A stretch of DNA of 62,623 nt, the filler included, from Candidatus Aminicenantales bacterium (lineage in GTDB: Bacteria; Acidobacteriota; Aminicenantia; Aminicenantales; UBA4085), in assembly GCA_049515535.1 (NCBI GenBank). It is 8 parts of 8 records of this genome, joined end to end, with 100 filler letters (N's around TTAATTAATTAA, not from the genome) between each part and the next. Parts side by side here need not be neighbours in the genome. Positions count along the whole stretch, not along the records: positions 52,857 to 57,804 come from JBEKTZ010000026.1; positions 57,905 to 59,899 come from JBEKTZ010000028.1; positions 60,000 to 61,457 come from JBEKTZ010000030.1; positions 61,558 to 62,623 come from JBEKTZ010000032.1; 4 more parts are not named here. The stretch is one strand, 5' to 3'. Positions 53,596 to 62,623 of the stretch are shown here, piece after piece (the first letter of the stretch is position 1; every line of letters begins with the position of its first letter). The notes beneath the pieces are model-generated. The model was not told the origin of the DNA. It ran no database searches and saw only the letters and a list, made by a program, of their open reading frames with translations. The position numbers were made by a program, and so were the translations under genes.

Positions 53596-54866
53596 AAGGC
53601 CCCGCCATGGTCTGGACCATCGCCCGTAAAGAGATCGTCTCGAACCTCCTCAGCTATAAATTTTTCATCGTCATCCTGCTCACGACCGTTCTGCTTTTCA
53701 CCAGCTTTTTCGTCATGGTCAAGGACTTCAAGGGCCGCCTGGCCGATTATGACATCATCCGCCCGAAGCCAGGCGATGCGATCGCCGTCCTCCCGCCCAA
53801 CCCCCTTTCGATCTTCGCCAAAGGCCTGGATGAAGCCATGACCCGGTCGTTCGAGATCAGTAGGACCGGGATCGGGGTCCGCGCCGGCCAGAAGACGGAC
53901 AACGTCATCTTCTCGTTTTTCCCGGCGCCGGATTTCGTCTATATCGTCAAGATCGTCCTATCGCTCGTGGCCCTCCTCTTCGGCTTCGACCAGGTCAGCC
54001 GCGAACGGGAGACCGGCGTCCTCCGGCTGATGCTGTCGAATTCCCTTCCGAGGGCGAAGGTCCTGGGCGGGAAGTGGCTCGGCAACTTTCTCAGCCTGGC
54101 GGTTCCGTTCCTCCTTGTGACGCTCCTCGGCTTCGCTTTGATGAACATGGATCCGGGGGTCCGCTTTTCGGCGGCGAGCGCGGGCCGGTTCTTGCTCCTC
54201 GTCCTGACGTCCCTTTTCTATATCACCCTCTTTTTGAGTCTCGGGATATTCCTATCCGCGCTCACGCGCAGATCGGCCGCGACGCTCGTCGTTCTGCTGC
54301 TGATCTGGGCCGTTGCCGTTTTCGTTCTGCCCAACCTGGGAACCCTCGTCGCGCGGCAACTCGTCGACGTGCCCTCGGTCAAGGCGGTGAGCGAAAAACG
54401 GGTACAGATCTGGAGCAGGGAAATGGTTCTCCTGATCATGGAGCGCCGGGCGAAGAGCGATCAGGACGTGGGACCGATCATCAAAGCGCATTTCGACAAG
54501 TTCAACGCCGAACTGGACGCGCTCGAGGAAGATTATCGGAATCGGTTCGAGCGTCTGGTCCGTCTGTCCAAGAACATCAACCGCGTCTCGCCGGCCGCGA
54601 GCTTCGTTTACGCCGCGACGGAGCTGGCCGGGACGGGAGTCGGAGAGGAAAGCCGCCTCAAGCAGGAAGTCATCCGGTACAAGGACTCCATCTATAAGGA
54701 TTTTCCATCGGGCAAAAAAGACCACGCCGCTTTCGTCTATCGGCCCCGGTCCATCGGCCGGGTCCTCGCCGAGGGAGGGCTGATCGATCTGGCCGAACTC
54801 GCCGTTTTCAACATCCTCTTCTTCGTCCTCGGGTTCGTCGCGTTCATCCGATACGATGTGAGGTAA
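53592..54866 (+). CDS. ABC-2 type permease
   Basis: IARKEI, DQVSRERETGVLRLMLSN..PR...LGGK, RYDVR*. Confidence 0.88.
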   Translation: MKGPAMVWTIARKEIVSNLLSYKFFIVILLTTVLLFTSFFVMVKDFKGRLADYDIIRPKPGDAIAVLPPNPLSIFAKGLDEAMTRSFEISRTGIGVRAGQKTDNVIFSFFPAPDFVYIVKIVLSLVALLFGFDQVSRERETGVLRLMLSNSLPRAKVLGGKWLGNFLSLAVPFLLVTLLGFALMNMDPGVRFSAASAGRFLLLVLTSLFYITLFLSLGIFLSALTRRSAATLVVLLLIWAVAVFVLPNLGTLVARQLVDVPSVKAVSEKRVQIWSREMVLLIMERRAKSDQDVGPIIKAHFDKFNAELDALEEDYRNRFERLVRLSKNINRVSPAASFVYAATELAGTGVGEESRLKQEVIRYKDSIYKDFPSGKKDHAAFVYRPRSIGRVLAEGGLIDLAELAVFNILFFVLGFVAFIRYDVR

Positions 54867-54877
54867 AGGAACGCATC

Positions 54878-56305
54878 ATGCTGGGAACGCTCATCAAAAA
54901 AGAAGTCCAAAGCGGTCTCTTCTCCTTCCGCTTCCTCATGATCTTCGCCCTCCTCATCATCGTCGTGCCCGTCACGATCTTCATCCTGACGAACGACTAT
55001 GTGAAGAAGGTGGACGAATATTCCTTCCGCCAGGCCGGTCTCGAGGATTATTTGAGACAGTACGCCCACTTCAACCGGCTGAGGGGCGTCATCGACCCGG
55101 CCCAGCCGCCGCTCCCAGCATATGCCCTGGTCAGGGGCGTCTCCTCCGACGTCAATAGCGAGGCGTTCGACGACGATCCCCTTCCGGTCATGTTCCCCCT
55201 GCTGGATCTGGTTTTCATCGTAGCCATCCTTCTCAGTCTGGCCGCTCTCATCTTTTCCTACGACGCCGTCTGCGGAGAAAAAGAGGACGGCACGCTGAGG
55301 CTCATGCTGGCCAACGGCCTGCCCCGGGCCAAGATCCTCTTAGGCAAGATCGCCGGCAGCACGCTGACGCTCCTCGTCCCGTTCCTGCTGTCGCTCGTCC
55401 TGGGTCTGCTGGTCATCATGCTGAATCCGCGCGTCGCTTGGGCGGGGACGAATTGGGCTTCGCTGGTTTTTATACTATTGGGCGCGGTCGTCTATATCCT
55501 CTTTTTCCAAGCCCTCGGCGTCCTGATATCGGCCCGGCACCATTCGTCCTCCGCCTCCATCATGACCTCGCTTTGCGTCTGGGTGCTGCTCCTCCTCGTC
55601 GGCCCCAACCTGAGCCCGTACCTGGCTTCGCTCATCTCTCCCGTGCCTTCTCGCATCAAGATCTCCCGGGAAGTCTCCCGCTTATTGGACACGGACCGGG
55701 ACGATCTCGGGCAAAGGATGCAAACCGAACGCCTGAGGGAACTCGTCAAAAAATATCCCGTCCTGGCCGAAAGACTCTCCGAAGCCGAAACCAAAGCCCG
55801 GACGGCGAAAGATCCCGCGTACCGTGAGGCGGTCCAGGCGAAGACGCGTGAAGTTCAGGCGGCCTGGGACGAAGCGAACCGGATCCAGAAGGGAAAAGCG
55901 GACGTCCTGGAGCAGGATATCGAGCGCAAGGTGGAGGCCCAGACGAGACTATCGGGACTTTTTTCGATGGCCTCGCCTCTCTCGGACTTCACCTACATGG
56001 CCACCGACCTGACCTCCACGGGCAGGATGAATATACGGCAGTTCAAAAAATTAAGCGACGTCTGGGAAAGCGCTTATGGAGAATATTCGCGGGGCCGGAT
56101 CGCCGCGCTCCAGAAAAAGGACCCCGCCGTCGACTGGTGGAATACGCCGGTGGACGTAAGCGATATGCCCCGTTTTCAATATCAAGAAGAGGTCTTGGCC
56201 GCAAGAATCAAGGGAACGCTGTGGCCATTCGCCGTCCTGATGTTCATGAACTTGATCGTCTTCGGGGCCGCCTATCTCGCGTTCGTCCGCTACGACGTCC
56301 GCTGA
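54878..56305 (+). CDS. ABC-2 type permease
   Basis: LIKKE, DAVCGEKEDGTLRLMLAN.LPR...LGK, RYDVR*. Confidence 0.88.
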   Translation: MLGTLIKKEVQSGLFSFRFLMIFALLIIVVPVTIFILTNDYVKKVDEYSFRQAGLEDYLRQYAHFNRLRGVIDPAQPPLPAYALVRGVSSDVNSEAFDDDPLPVMFPLLDLVFIVAILLSLAALIFSYDAVCGEKEDGTLRLMLANGLPRAKILLGKIAGSTLTLLVPFLLSLVLGLLVIMLNPRVAWAGTNWASLVFILLGAVVYILFFQALGVLISARHHSSSASIMTSLCVWVLLLLVGPNLSPYLASLISPVPSRIKISREVSRLLDTDRDDLGQRMQTERLRELVKKYPVLAERLSEAETKARTAKDPAYREAVQAKTREVQAAWDEANRIQKGKADVLEQDIERKVEAQTRLSGLFSMASPLSDFTYMATDLTSTGRMNIRQFKKLSDVWESAYGEYSRGRIAALQKKDPAVDWWNTPVDVSDMPRFQYQEEVLAARIKGTLWPFAVLMFMNLIVFGAAYLAFVRYDVR

Positions 56306-56341
56306 AAAGCCGCGGATCTCCGAGGGCGAACCGCCCTCCCG

Positions 56342-57055
56342 TCAGTCCCGCTCTTCCATGTATTGGATGTAGAGCTCCGTCAGGTCCTCGCCTTCGAGGT
56401 CTTTCCGTGTTTTCATCATCACCAGCCGGCCCTTTTTCATGAACCCGACCCGGTCGGCGATCAATTTGGCCCGGAAAATATCGTGGGTGGACATGAAGAT
56501 GGATTTTCCCTGATCGCGCATCTGGATGAGAAGGGTGAGGAACTCCTGGCCGGATTTCGGGTCGAGGCCGGAGGTCGGCTCGTCCAGGAGGATATTGGGC
56601 GCGTCCTTGATGACGGCGATGGCCAGGCCCAGCTTCTGCCGCATGCCTTTCGAATAATTCTTCGTCCTCATGTCGAAAGCCTCTTTCTGGAGGCCGACAC
56701 TCGTCATGGCCTTGGCATAATCGGCCTTGGTCAGTCCGCGCTTTCCGGCCAGCTTCGTGAAATAGTCCATATTCTGAAAAGCCGTGAAGTTCCCGTAGAG
56801 CGTGACGTTTTCCGAGACAAAAGAAATATAGTCCTTGGAGCGGAGGGGCTCTCGTGTGACGTCGATGCCTTCGATCAGGGCCGTGCCCTCGGTCGGGGGA
56901 ATGAAGTTGAGAAGCAGGTTGATGGTCGTCGTCTTCCCCGCCCCGTTGGCGCCGAACATGCAGAAGATCTCTCCCGGCTCGACCTTGAAGGTCAGGTGGT
57001 CTACGGCCAGCTGGCCGTCCTCGTATCTTTTCGTGAGATTGATCGTTTCTAACAT
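56342..57055 (-). CDS. ABC transporter ATP-binding protein
   Basis: GANGAGKT, YSKGMRQK, LDEPTSGLDP, STH. Confidence 0.94.
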   Translation of the reverse strand: MLETINLTKRYEDGQLAVDHLTFKVEPGEIFCMFGANGAGKTTTINLLLNFIPPTEGTALIEGIDVTREPLRSKDYISFVSENVTLYGNFTAFQNMDYFTKLAGKRGLTKADYAKAMTSVGLQKEAFDMRTKNYSKGMRQKLGLAIAVIKDAPNILLDEPTSGLDPKSGQEFLTLLIQMRDQGKSIFMSTHDIFRAKLIADRVGFMKKGRLVMMKTRKDLEGEDLTELYIQYMEERD

Positions 57056-57065
57056 GGGTTACCTC

Positions 57066-57804
57066 TCAGCGGACGTCATATTTCAGGAAGGAGACATAGG
57101 ACCCGGCGAAGAAGATGATGATGAGAAAGAGCATCAAGCCGAAATCGGGCAGCGTCCGGGAGAAGGACTTGCCGAGCGACTCGGAATCGAACTTGTGCAT
57201 GGGCATATCGTCGAGAACGACTTTCACGGTCTGGCCTGTCCCGGAAAAGTCGATGCTCTTCATCATCTTGGAATTCGCCCATTTGGTGAAGATCGGCTTG
57301 TAGGCGCGGATGGAAGCCAGAAAACTCTCATGCTCGTCGAGGCCCGTCCGGGCCAGGCTCATCGTAGAGAACGTCAAGGCCGAGGCGGGCGAAATACGGG
57401 AGAGGTTGATGGCCAGTATTTCCTGCGATTTTTTTCGGGACTGGTAATCGCGCTCGAGGGAGGCGTTGTTCGCGTCGATTTTCGAAGTCACTTCCTGCTG
57501 AAAATCTTCCAGAAACTTTTTCAATTTCTCCGTGAAAGCCGACCGCTCCTGCGGCGTTTTCGGAGAATTGGCCTTGATCCAGTCCATGGCTTGCTTCTGG
57601 CTCGTGCCCTGGATCTGCTGGAGGAAGGCGTCTTTCTGGGCCGTGATCTCATGGACCGAGGGAATGGGGTACAATCGGCTGGCCGCCATGACCGAGACCT
57701 TGGGAATGATCGTGACGAACGTCACCCAGATAAAGAGCAGAATCAGGAAGCTGGTCGAGCTCTTGTTCGTCCGGGCCGAGACGAGGAGCCCGAGCGTGAA
57801 GAAA
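57066..57804 (-). CDS. ABC-2 type permease, 3' part; near-identical paralog of 52857-53595
   Basis: Co-linear 219-aa C-terminal segment with few substitutions. Confidence 0.87.
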
Positions 57805-57934
57805 NNNNNNNNNNNNNNNNNNNNNNNNNNNNNNNNNNNNNNNNNNNNTTAATTAATTAANNNNNNNNNNNNNNNNNNNNNNNNNNNNNNNNNNNNNNNN
57901 NNNNTTGTCAAGAAAAATCACACAGAAAGGGAAC

Positions 57935-59284
57935 ATGAAAAAGTTAGTTCTTGTGTTTATCGCAATGTCGTCATTATGCTTAGGACAAACCGATTCTGCG
58001 AAGACGTCTTCTTCGGCCGACACTGCCGCCGCGCCGTTTGCGTTCGGCGATTTCACATGGCTGAACGGCAACACCAGGCAGAACACTTCCATCCTCGATT
58101 CTAAATATTTTACGGGCGAATTCCGCGCCGACGTCTCGTACATTGCAGACTTTAATCAACCAGTGGATCACACGCTCTCCGGAACTTCGGAAAGCGGCCG
58201 GACGAGTGAGATACAGGTTCAGCAGCTCGGCATCGGAGGAGACTTTCACGTTGGACACGCACTGGGGCGGATCATGACGCAATTCGGCATGTATTCTACC
58301 ATGACTCCCAGAAACGACGCCAGTCCGGCCCGAGGCCAATGGGACCTTGCAAACGCATACCGTTACATTTCCGAAGCCTACGGCGGGTACCACTGGGATG
58401 TGATGAACGGCATTAATTTTGAGGCTGGCATTTTCATGTCGTACGTCGGATTGTTCGGCTATTACAATTTCGATAACTGGGCCTATCAACCGTCGTACGT
58501 TTCTTCCAACACGCCATGGTTTTTCAACGGCATTCGCGTGCAGATCTTTACGAGCGATAAACTCAAGATCGAGCCGTGGATCATCAACGGCTGGCAATCG
58601 TACGGGATGTTTAACCACACGCCGGGCGTCGGGTTTCAAATCCTGTGGCGCCCCAAAGAATCCGTTTCCATCCTCTCCAACGGCTATTATGGCCACGATT
58701 GGCTCGGACTTCCTAATCGGATGAGGATTCACAGCGATAACAGCGTGGAGATCAAGTATTACGACGATCCGCTGAAGGGTCTGGACAAGGCGGCGTTTTC
58801 CATTACGGCAGATGTTGGATGGGAAAGCGGCGACGGAGTAAACGGCCTCACCGGCGCTTCGGGATCTCCGGCGCAATATTTCGCGGGAGCCATGATCTAC
58901 AACCGCCTGTGGTTTAATCATGACGTGTTCGCCGTGACGCTCGGCGGCGGGGGAATTACCAATCCTGGTCGGTATCTCGTGCTCATGCCGCCCATCAACG
59001 GCGCAACGGCCTTTTCGGGAACGCCGTATTTCACCGAAAACCCGGGCGATCAATTTAAGGCCTGGGATTGCTCGATTACATTCGATTACATGCCGGATCA
59101 ATGGACCACGTTCCGCATCGAATACAACCATCGCGAGGCGAACGTTCCGTATTTTGCGGGTAGCGGGGGCGTCACCCCGCCGGGCGGCAACACCGGCGCT
59201 CCCGGCTCGGGCATCAACGGCTGGGCGCCCGATCTTCGCAAGACCGAAAGCCGCATGTACCTCGCCCTGCTTGTGAAATTTTGA
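57935..59284 (+). CDS. Outer-membrane beta-barrel porin-like protein (probably DUF1597/BBP2 family)
   Basis: Signal peptide, PFAFGDFTWLNG, GIFMSYVGL, NTPWFFNG, terminal Phe. Confidence 0.72.
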   Translation: MKKLVLVFIAMSSLCLGQTDSAKTSSSADTAAAPFAFGDFTWLNGNTRQNTSILDSKYFTGEFRADVSYIADFNQPVDHTLSGTSESGRTSEIQVQQLGIGGDFHVGHALGRIMTQFGMYSTMTPRNDASPARGQWDLANAYRYISEAYGGYHWDVMNGINFEAGIFMSYVGLFGYYNFDNWAYQPSYVSSNTPWFFNGIRVQIFTSDKLKIEPWIINGWQSYGMFNHTPGVGFQILWRPKESVSILSNGYYGHDWLGLPNRMRIHSDNSVEIKYYDDPLKGLDKAAFSITADVGWESGDGVNGLTGASGSPAQYFAGAMIYNRLWFNHDVFAVTLGGGGITNPGRYLVLMPPINGATAFSGTPYFTENPGDQFKAWDCSITFDYMPDQWTTFRIEYNHREANVPYFAGSGGVTPPGGNTGAPGSGINGWAPDLRKTESRMYLALLVKF

Positions 59285-59999
59285 CCCAAGAGTACCATGT
59301 TCTTCATGTCGTTGAAGGCGCCGACTGTGAAATCCGAAACGCGCTTGATCTGAGCGCTCTTGCATCGCTTCCAAAAGAGATGAAGATTTTTGTGTTCTCC
59401 CCGGCGATGTCATCACGACATGCTCGCGCGCCGAATTGCCCGATAACGGCGCGCGGCCAAGCCTTGGATGACACGCCTGCCCTTGGGAATCTTAGGGGTC
59501 TGGCAGGTCGTCATAGATCTCATGAAGGGTTAAACGCCTATTGCGGTCGCGCTCCTCGTCAAGTCTTGAACTTTTCTGACCACTGCTGAGCTGATGAAGA
59601 ATCACATATTCGTCATACGACACTTCACCCGTTCGAGCCGGAGTGCCCTCAACACTGATTACGGGATACATTTCTTATCTTTCATGAACAGTCTCTCTAT
59701 CAGAATTTCACTCGGTCCGTTTGCCATCGGAGGAAACGGCCCAATCTACGATCTACCGCTCATCGAAATCAAAAGGTCCGGTGAGGTGTACATCACATTT
59801 CCTGAGGGTGCCAACCTTTCTGTCGGGGAAGTATATCTCATCGTACGACCGATCGGATTGTCGGGCGATGGATATTTCTTCCTTGGGCGACCGCGAAGAN
59901 NNNNNNNNNNNNNNNNNNNNNNNNNNNNNNNNNNNNNNNNNNNTTAATTAATTAANNNNNNNNNNNNNNNNNNNNNNNNNNNNNNNNNNNNNNNNNNNN

Positions 60000-60105
60000 G
60001 CACGTTCCCCCAAACGGTCGCCAAAAGCAATCCCGTCAAGAACAGGGCGATGATTCCAACCTGGAATATCTTATTCCTTAAACCCTGCTTTCTGTCGTCT
60101 ACCAT
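60000..60105 (-). CDS. Membrane/secreted protein, N-terminus only
   Basis: MVDDRKQGLRNKIFQVGIIALFLTGLLLATVWG..., divergent from trpB2, truncated. Confidence 0.45.
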
Positions 60106-60137
60106 AATTCCCGGGCTTATGTAAGGGGAAATTTCCC

Positions 60138-60166
60138 TTGACACGCGGGCTTCCGCAATTTATGAT
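60138..60166 (+). promoter_or_regulatory. sigma70 promoter of trpL-trpB2
   Basis: TTGACA-N17-TATGAT; predicted +1 at about 60174. Confidence 0.85.
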
Positions 60167-60173
60167 CTGGCCC

Positions 60174-60257
60174 ATGTTCGAAGACGCGCTCGTTTTTATC
60201 CATACTGCCCGCAAGTGCGCGTTTGTCCTTCTTCCCTGGATCTGGTGGGCGGCCTAG
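60174..60257 (+). CDS. trpL: Trp-rich leader peptide (27 aa), probably leaderless
   Basis: MFEDALVFIHTARKCAFVLLPWIWWAA*; 3 Trp in 4 codons; ATG 7 nt after the -10 box; upstream of trpB2. Confidence 0.8.
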   Translation: MFEDALVFIHTARKCAFVLLPWIWWAA

Positions 60258-60416
60258 CCCGCCCTATAGGTCTGCCCCCGTCTATTCCCCTTGATAAGGA
60301 GACGTGTGTCCGGAGTGACATGACTTCGGGCGCCCGTCCCGATTGTGAGAGAAACGACAATCCCCGGACACGCTCACGCCGTGCCGAAGGGAGCAGGAGA
60401 ATAAGGAGAAACGCTC

Positions 60417-61457
60417 ATGCGATACGCATCTCGAAACCCCGAATATCTTCCGCAAGCATATTACAATATCAAGGCCGACTTGCCGGAGCCGCCCAAGCCG
60501 CCGCTCCACCCAGGCACACATGAACCGCTTAAACCCGAGGACCTGGAAATGATCTTTCCCAAGGGCCTCATCCGCCAGGAAATCTCTTCAGACCGCGAGG
60601 TGCCAATCCCCCCCGATGTCCTCGAGGCGTACTCTGCCTTCCGGCCGACGCCGCTCGTCTATGCCTCGGCCCTCAGGAAGCATCTTGGAACGCCGGCCCA
60701 CATATTCTATAAGTACGAGGGTGTCGGCCCCGTCGGCAGCCACAAGACCAACACGGCGCTCATGCAGGCTTATCTGGCCGCCCAAGAGGGCATCACGGCG
60801 CTGGCTACGGAAACAGGCGCCGGCCAGTGGGGCTCCGCTCTCGCCTATGCCGGCTCCCGGCTCGGCATAGAGACGCGGATTTTCATGGTCAGGTCGAGCT
60901 TCCGTCAGAAACCCGGCCGCCGAATTCTTATGGAACTTTTCGGGGGCACCGTTCTCGAAAGTCCCAGCGACACGACCGATGCCGGCCGTTCTTTCTACGC
61001 CAAAGACAATAATCACCCCGGCAGTCTCGGGATCGCCATCTCCGAGGCCGTCGAGTTCGTAGTCAAGAACCCGCGGGCCAAGTATGCGCTGGGGTCAGTC
61101 CTCGACAGCGTTCTCATGCACCAGACCGTGATCGGCCTCGAGGCTGAAAAACAGATGGCCGAGTTCGGAATGGTGCCGGACATGGTCATCGGCTGCGTCG
61201 GCGGCGGCTCGAATTTCGCCGGCCTGGCCTTTCCGTTTGTCCGGAGGAACCTCCAGGAGGGAAGGAAGGCACGCTTCATCGCCGTCGAGCCGGATGCCTG
61301 CCCTTCGTTAACGAAAGGCGAGCTTCGCTACGATTTCGGCGACAGCGTCGGCATGACTCCCCTTCTTTACATGTACACTCTGGGGAAGGAGTTCGTGCCG
61401 CCTCCGCTCCACGCGGGAGGTCTCCGCTATCACGGCATGGCGCCGCTTGTGAGTCAC
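60417..61457 (+). CDS. trpB2: TrpB2-type tryptophan synthase beta subunit (truncated)
   Basis: [69 protein letters not shown]. Confidence 0.93.
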
Positions 61458-61557
61458 NNNNNNNNNNNNNNNNNNNNNNNNNNNNNNNNNNNNNNNNNNN
61501 NTTAATTAATTAANNNNNNNNNNNNNNNNNNNNNNNNNNNNNNNNNNNNNNNNNNNN

Positions 61558-62623
61558 TATTGACACCTGCATAATAAATGTCCTATACTCTGATCCGGAG
61601 GGAATCGATGAGACCATCCGGAAGCGCAGAGTACCTGGAAGGGCGACGCCTGCGGGCCATGGAGTACTTGGATCAAGGACTCCAGCCCGGGGAGATCGCG
61701 CGCAAGGTTGGGGTTGACCGTCGCAGCGTCCGGCGCTGGAAAGCGAGTATCCAGAAAGACGGGCCGGGAGCCATTCGGGCCAAGCCGCTGCCGGGTCGAC
61801 CGCGACGACTCAACCCAGGGGCAAAAAAGAGATTGGAAGCGATCCTGCTGCGGGGCGCCCGCGAGACGGGATTCTCGACGGACCTGTGGACCTGTCCCCG
61901 AGTCGTTCAGGTGATCCAAAAGGTCTTCGGGGTTCGCTATCATGTCGACCATATCGGACGGATCTTGCACTCTCTGGGCTGGAGCCCCCAGAAGCCGCAG
62001 CGCCGGGCCGTCGAGCGGGACGAAGCCTTGATCCAACGTTGGGTCCAGGCCGACTGGCCCCGGGTAAAAAAAACGCCGCACGGATAGGCGCCGCTCTCGT
62101 CTTTCTCGACGAAAGCGGCTTCCTGATGATGCCTCTGGTGCGGCGGATCTGGGCCCCCCGCGGTCAGACACCCCTCATCCGGCACCGGACCAACTCCTAT
62201 CGTAAAGTTTCCGCCATCGCGGCCCTGGTTGTCTCTCCCGACCGAGACCGTGTCCAGTTGTTCTTCCGCCTTCATCCCCAGGCCAATATCAACGCCGGCT
62301 CGGTCCTCTCGTTCCTCCAGCAGCTCCGCCGGCATTTGCAATGTCCTATCGTCCTGTTATGGGATCGGTTCATGCCTCATCGGGCTCGCCTCGTTCATGA
62401 TTATATCTCCGGGAAAGAAGACTGGAGATCGGAGTTCCTGCCAGCCTATGCTCCGGAGTTGAACCCTGTGGAGAACGTCTGGTGTTATCTGAAGACCAAT
62501 CCGATGGCTAACGAGGCGCTCTTCGAACTGGATAACCTGGCGTCATGGCCGGGTCCTCCAAAGGCGCGAACCATTGCTTCGCTCCCTCCTCAGCCACACT
62601 CCTCTTTTTTTGCGCTTGAAATA
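61558..62623 (+). mobile_element. IS630-family insertion sequence (orfA 61608-62087; DDE domain in -1 frame from about 62071)
   Basis: HTH/winged-helix orfA (LWTCPRV...GWSPQKP); A8 slippery run 62066-62073; -1 frame VFLDESGF...LWD...FLPAYAPELNPVE; contig begins and ends with TA. Confidence 0.9.

Noticed and set aside
59285..59899. Short ORFs downstream of the beta-barrel gene
   Set aside because: No RBS or motif support and truncated. May be a decayed or partial gene but cannot be called.
60260..60400. Classical intrinsic terminator or T-box in the trpB2 leader
   Set aside because: No hairpin followed by a U-tract and no T-box GGTGGNACCGCG motif. The leader-peptide/anti-SD model fits better.

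Overview
This window is not contiguous DNA. It is eight contigs joined by an artificial 100-bp linker (N44-TTAATTAATTAA-N44), so adjacency across linkers has no biological meaning. The GC-rich bacterial genome is probably Acidobacteriota/Aminicenantes-like (inferred mainly from the Cys-rich RpoB insertion). Contig 1 (1-15542) is the tuf-rpmG-tRNA-Trp-secE-nusG-rplKAJL-rpoBC-rpsLG-fusA-tuf cluster, with atypical EF-G and EF-Tu motifs. Contig 2 (15643-29879) has a phosphate porin plus pstSCAB converging on hoxFUYHW-hypBA and a fungal-like large NAD-glutamate dehydrogenase, with the same 92-bp structured repeat at both ends. Contig 3 (29980-44174) has sugar-nucleotide genes divergent from an 11-gene type II secretion operon with an ops/JUMPStart-like leader, followed by a sigma54/sigma70-promoted secreted protein. 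Contig 4 (44275-52756) has an IS630 end, a C1 peptidase, an SH3-barrel protein, decayed gene fragments and two copies of a MITE-like element. Contig 5 is an inverted duplication of ABC-2 permeases. Contig 6 is an outer-membrane barrel. Contig 7 is trpB2 with an unannotated leader. Contig 8 is an IS630 element. The strongest candidate for a new system is upstream of trpB2: a probably leaderless 27-aa Trp-rich peptide (…PWIWWAA*) whose coding sequence is complementary to the trpB2 Shine-Dalgarno and start codon about 180 nt downstream, consistent with a long-range translational attenuator.
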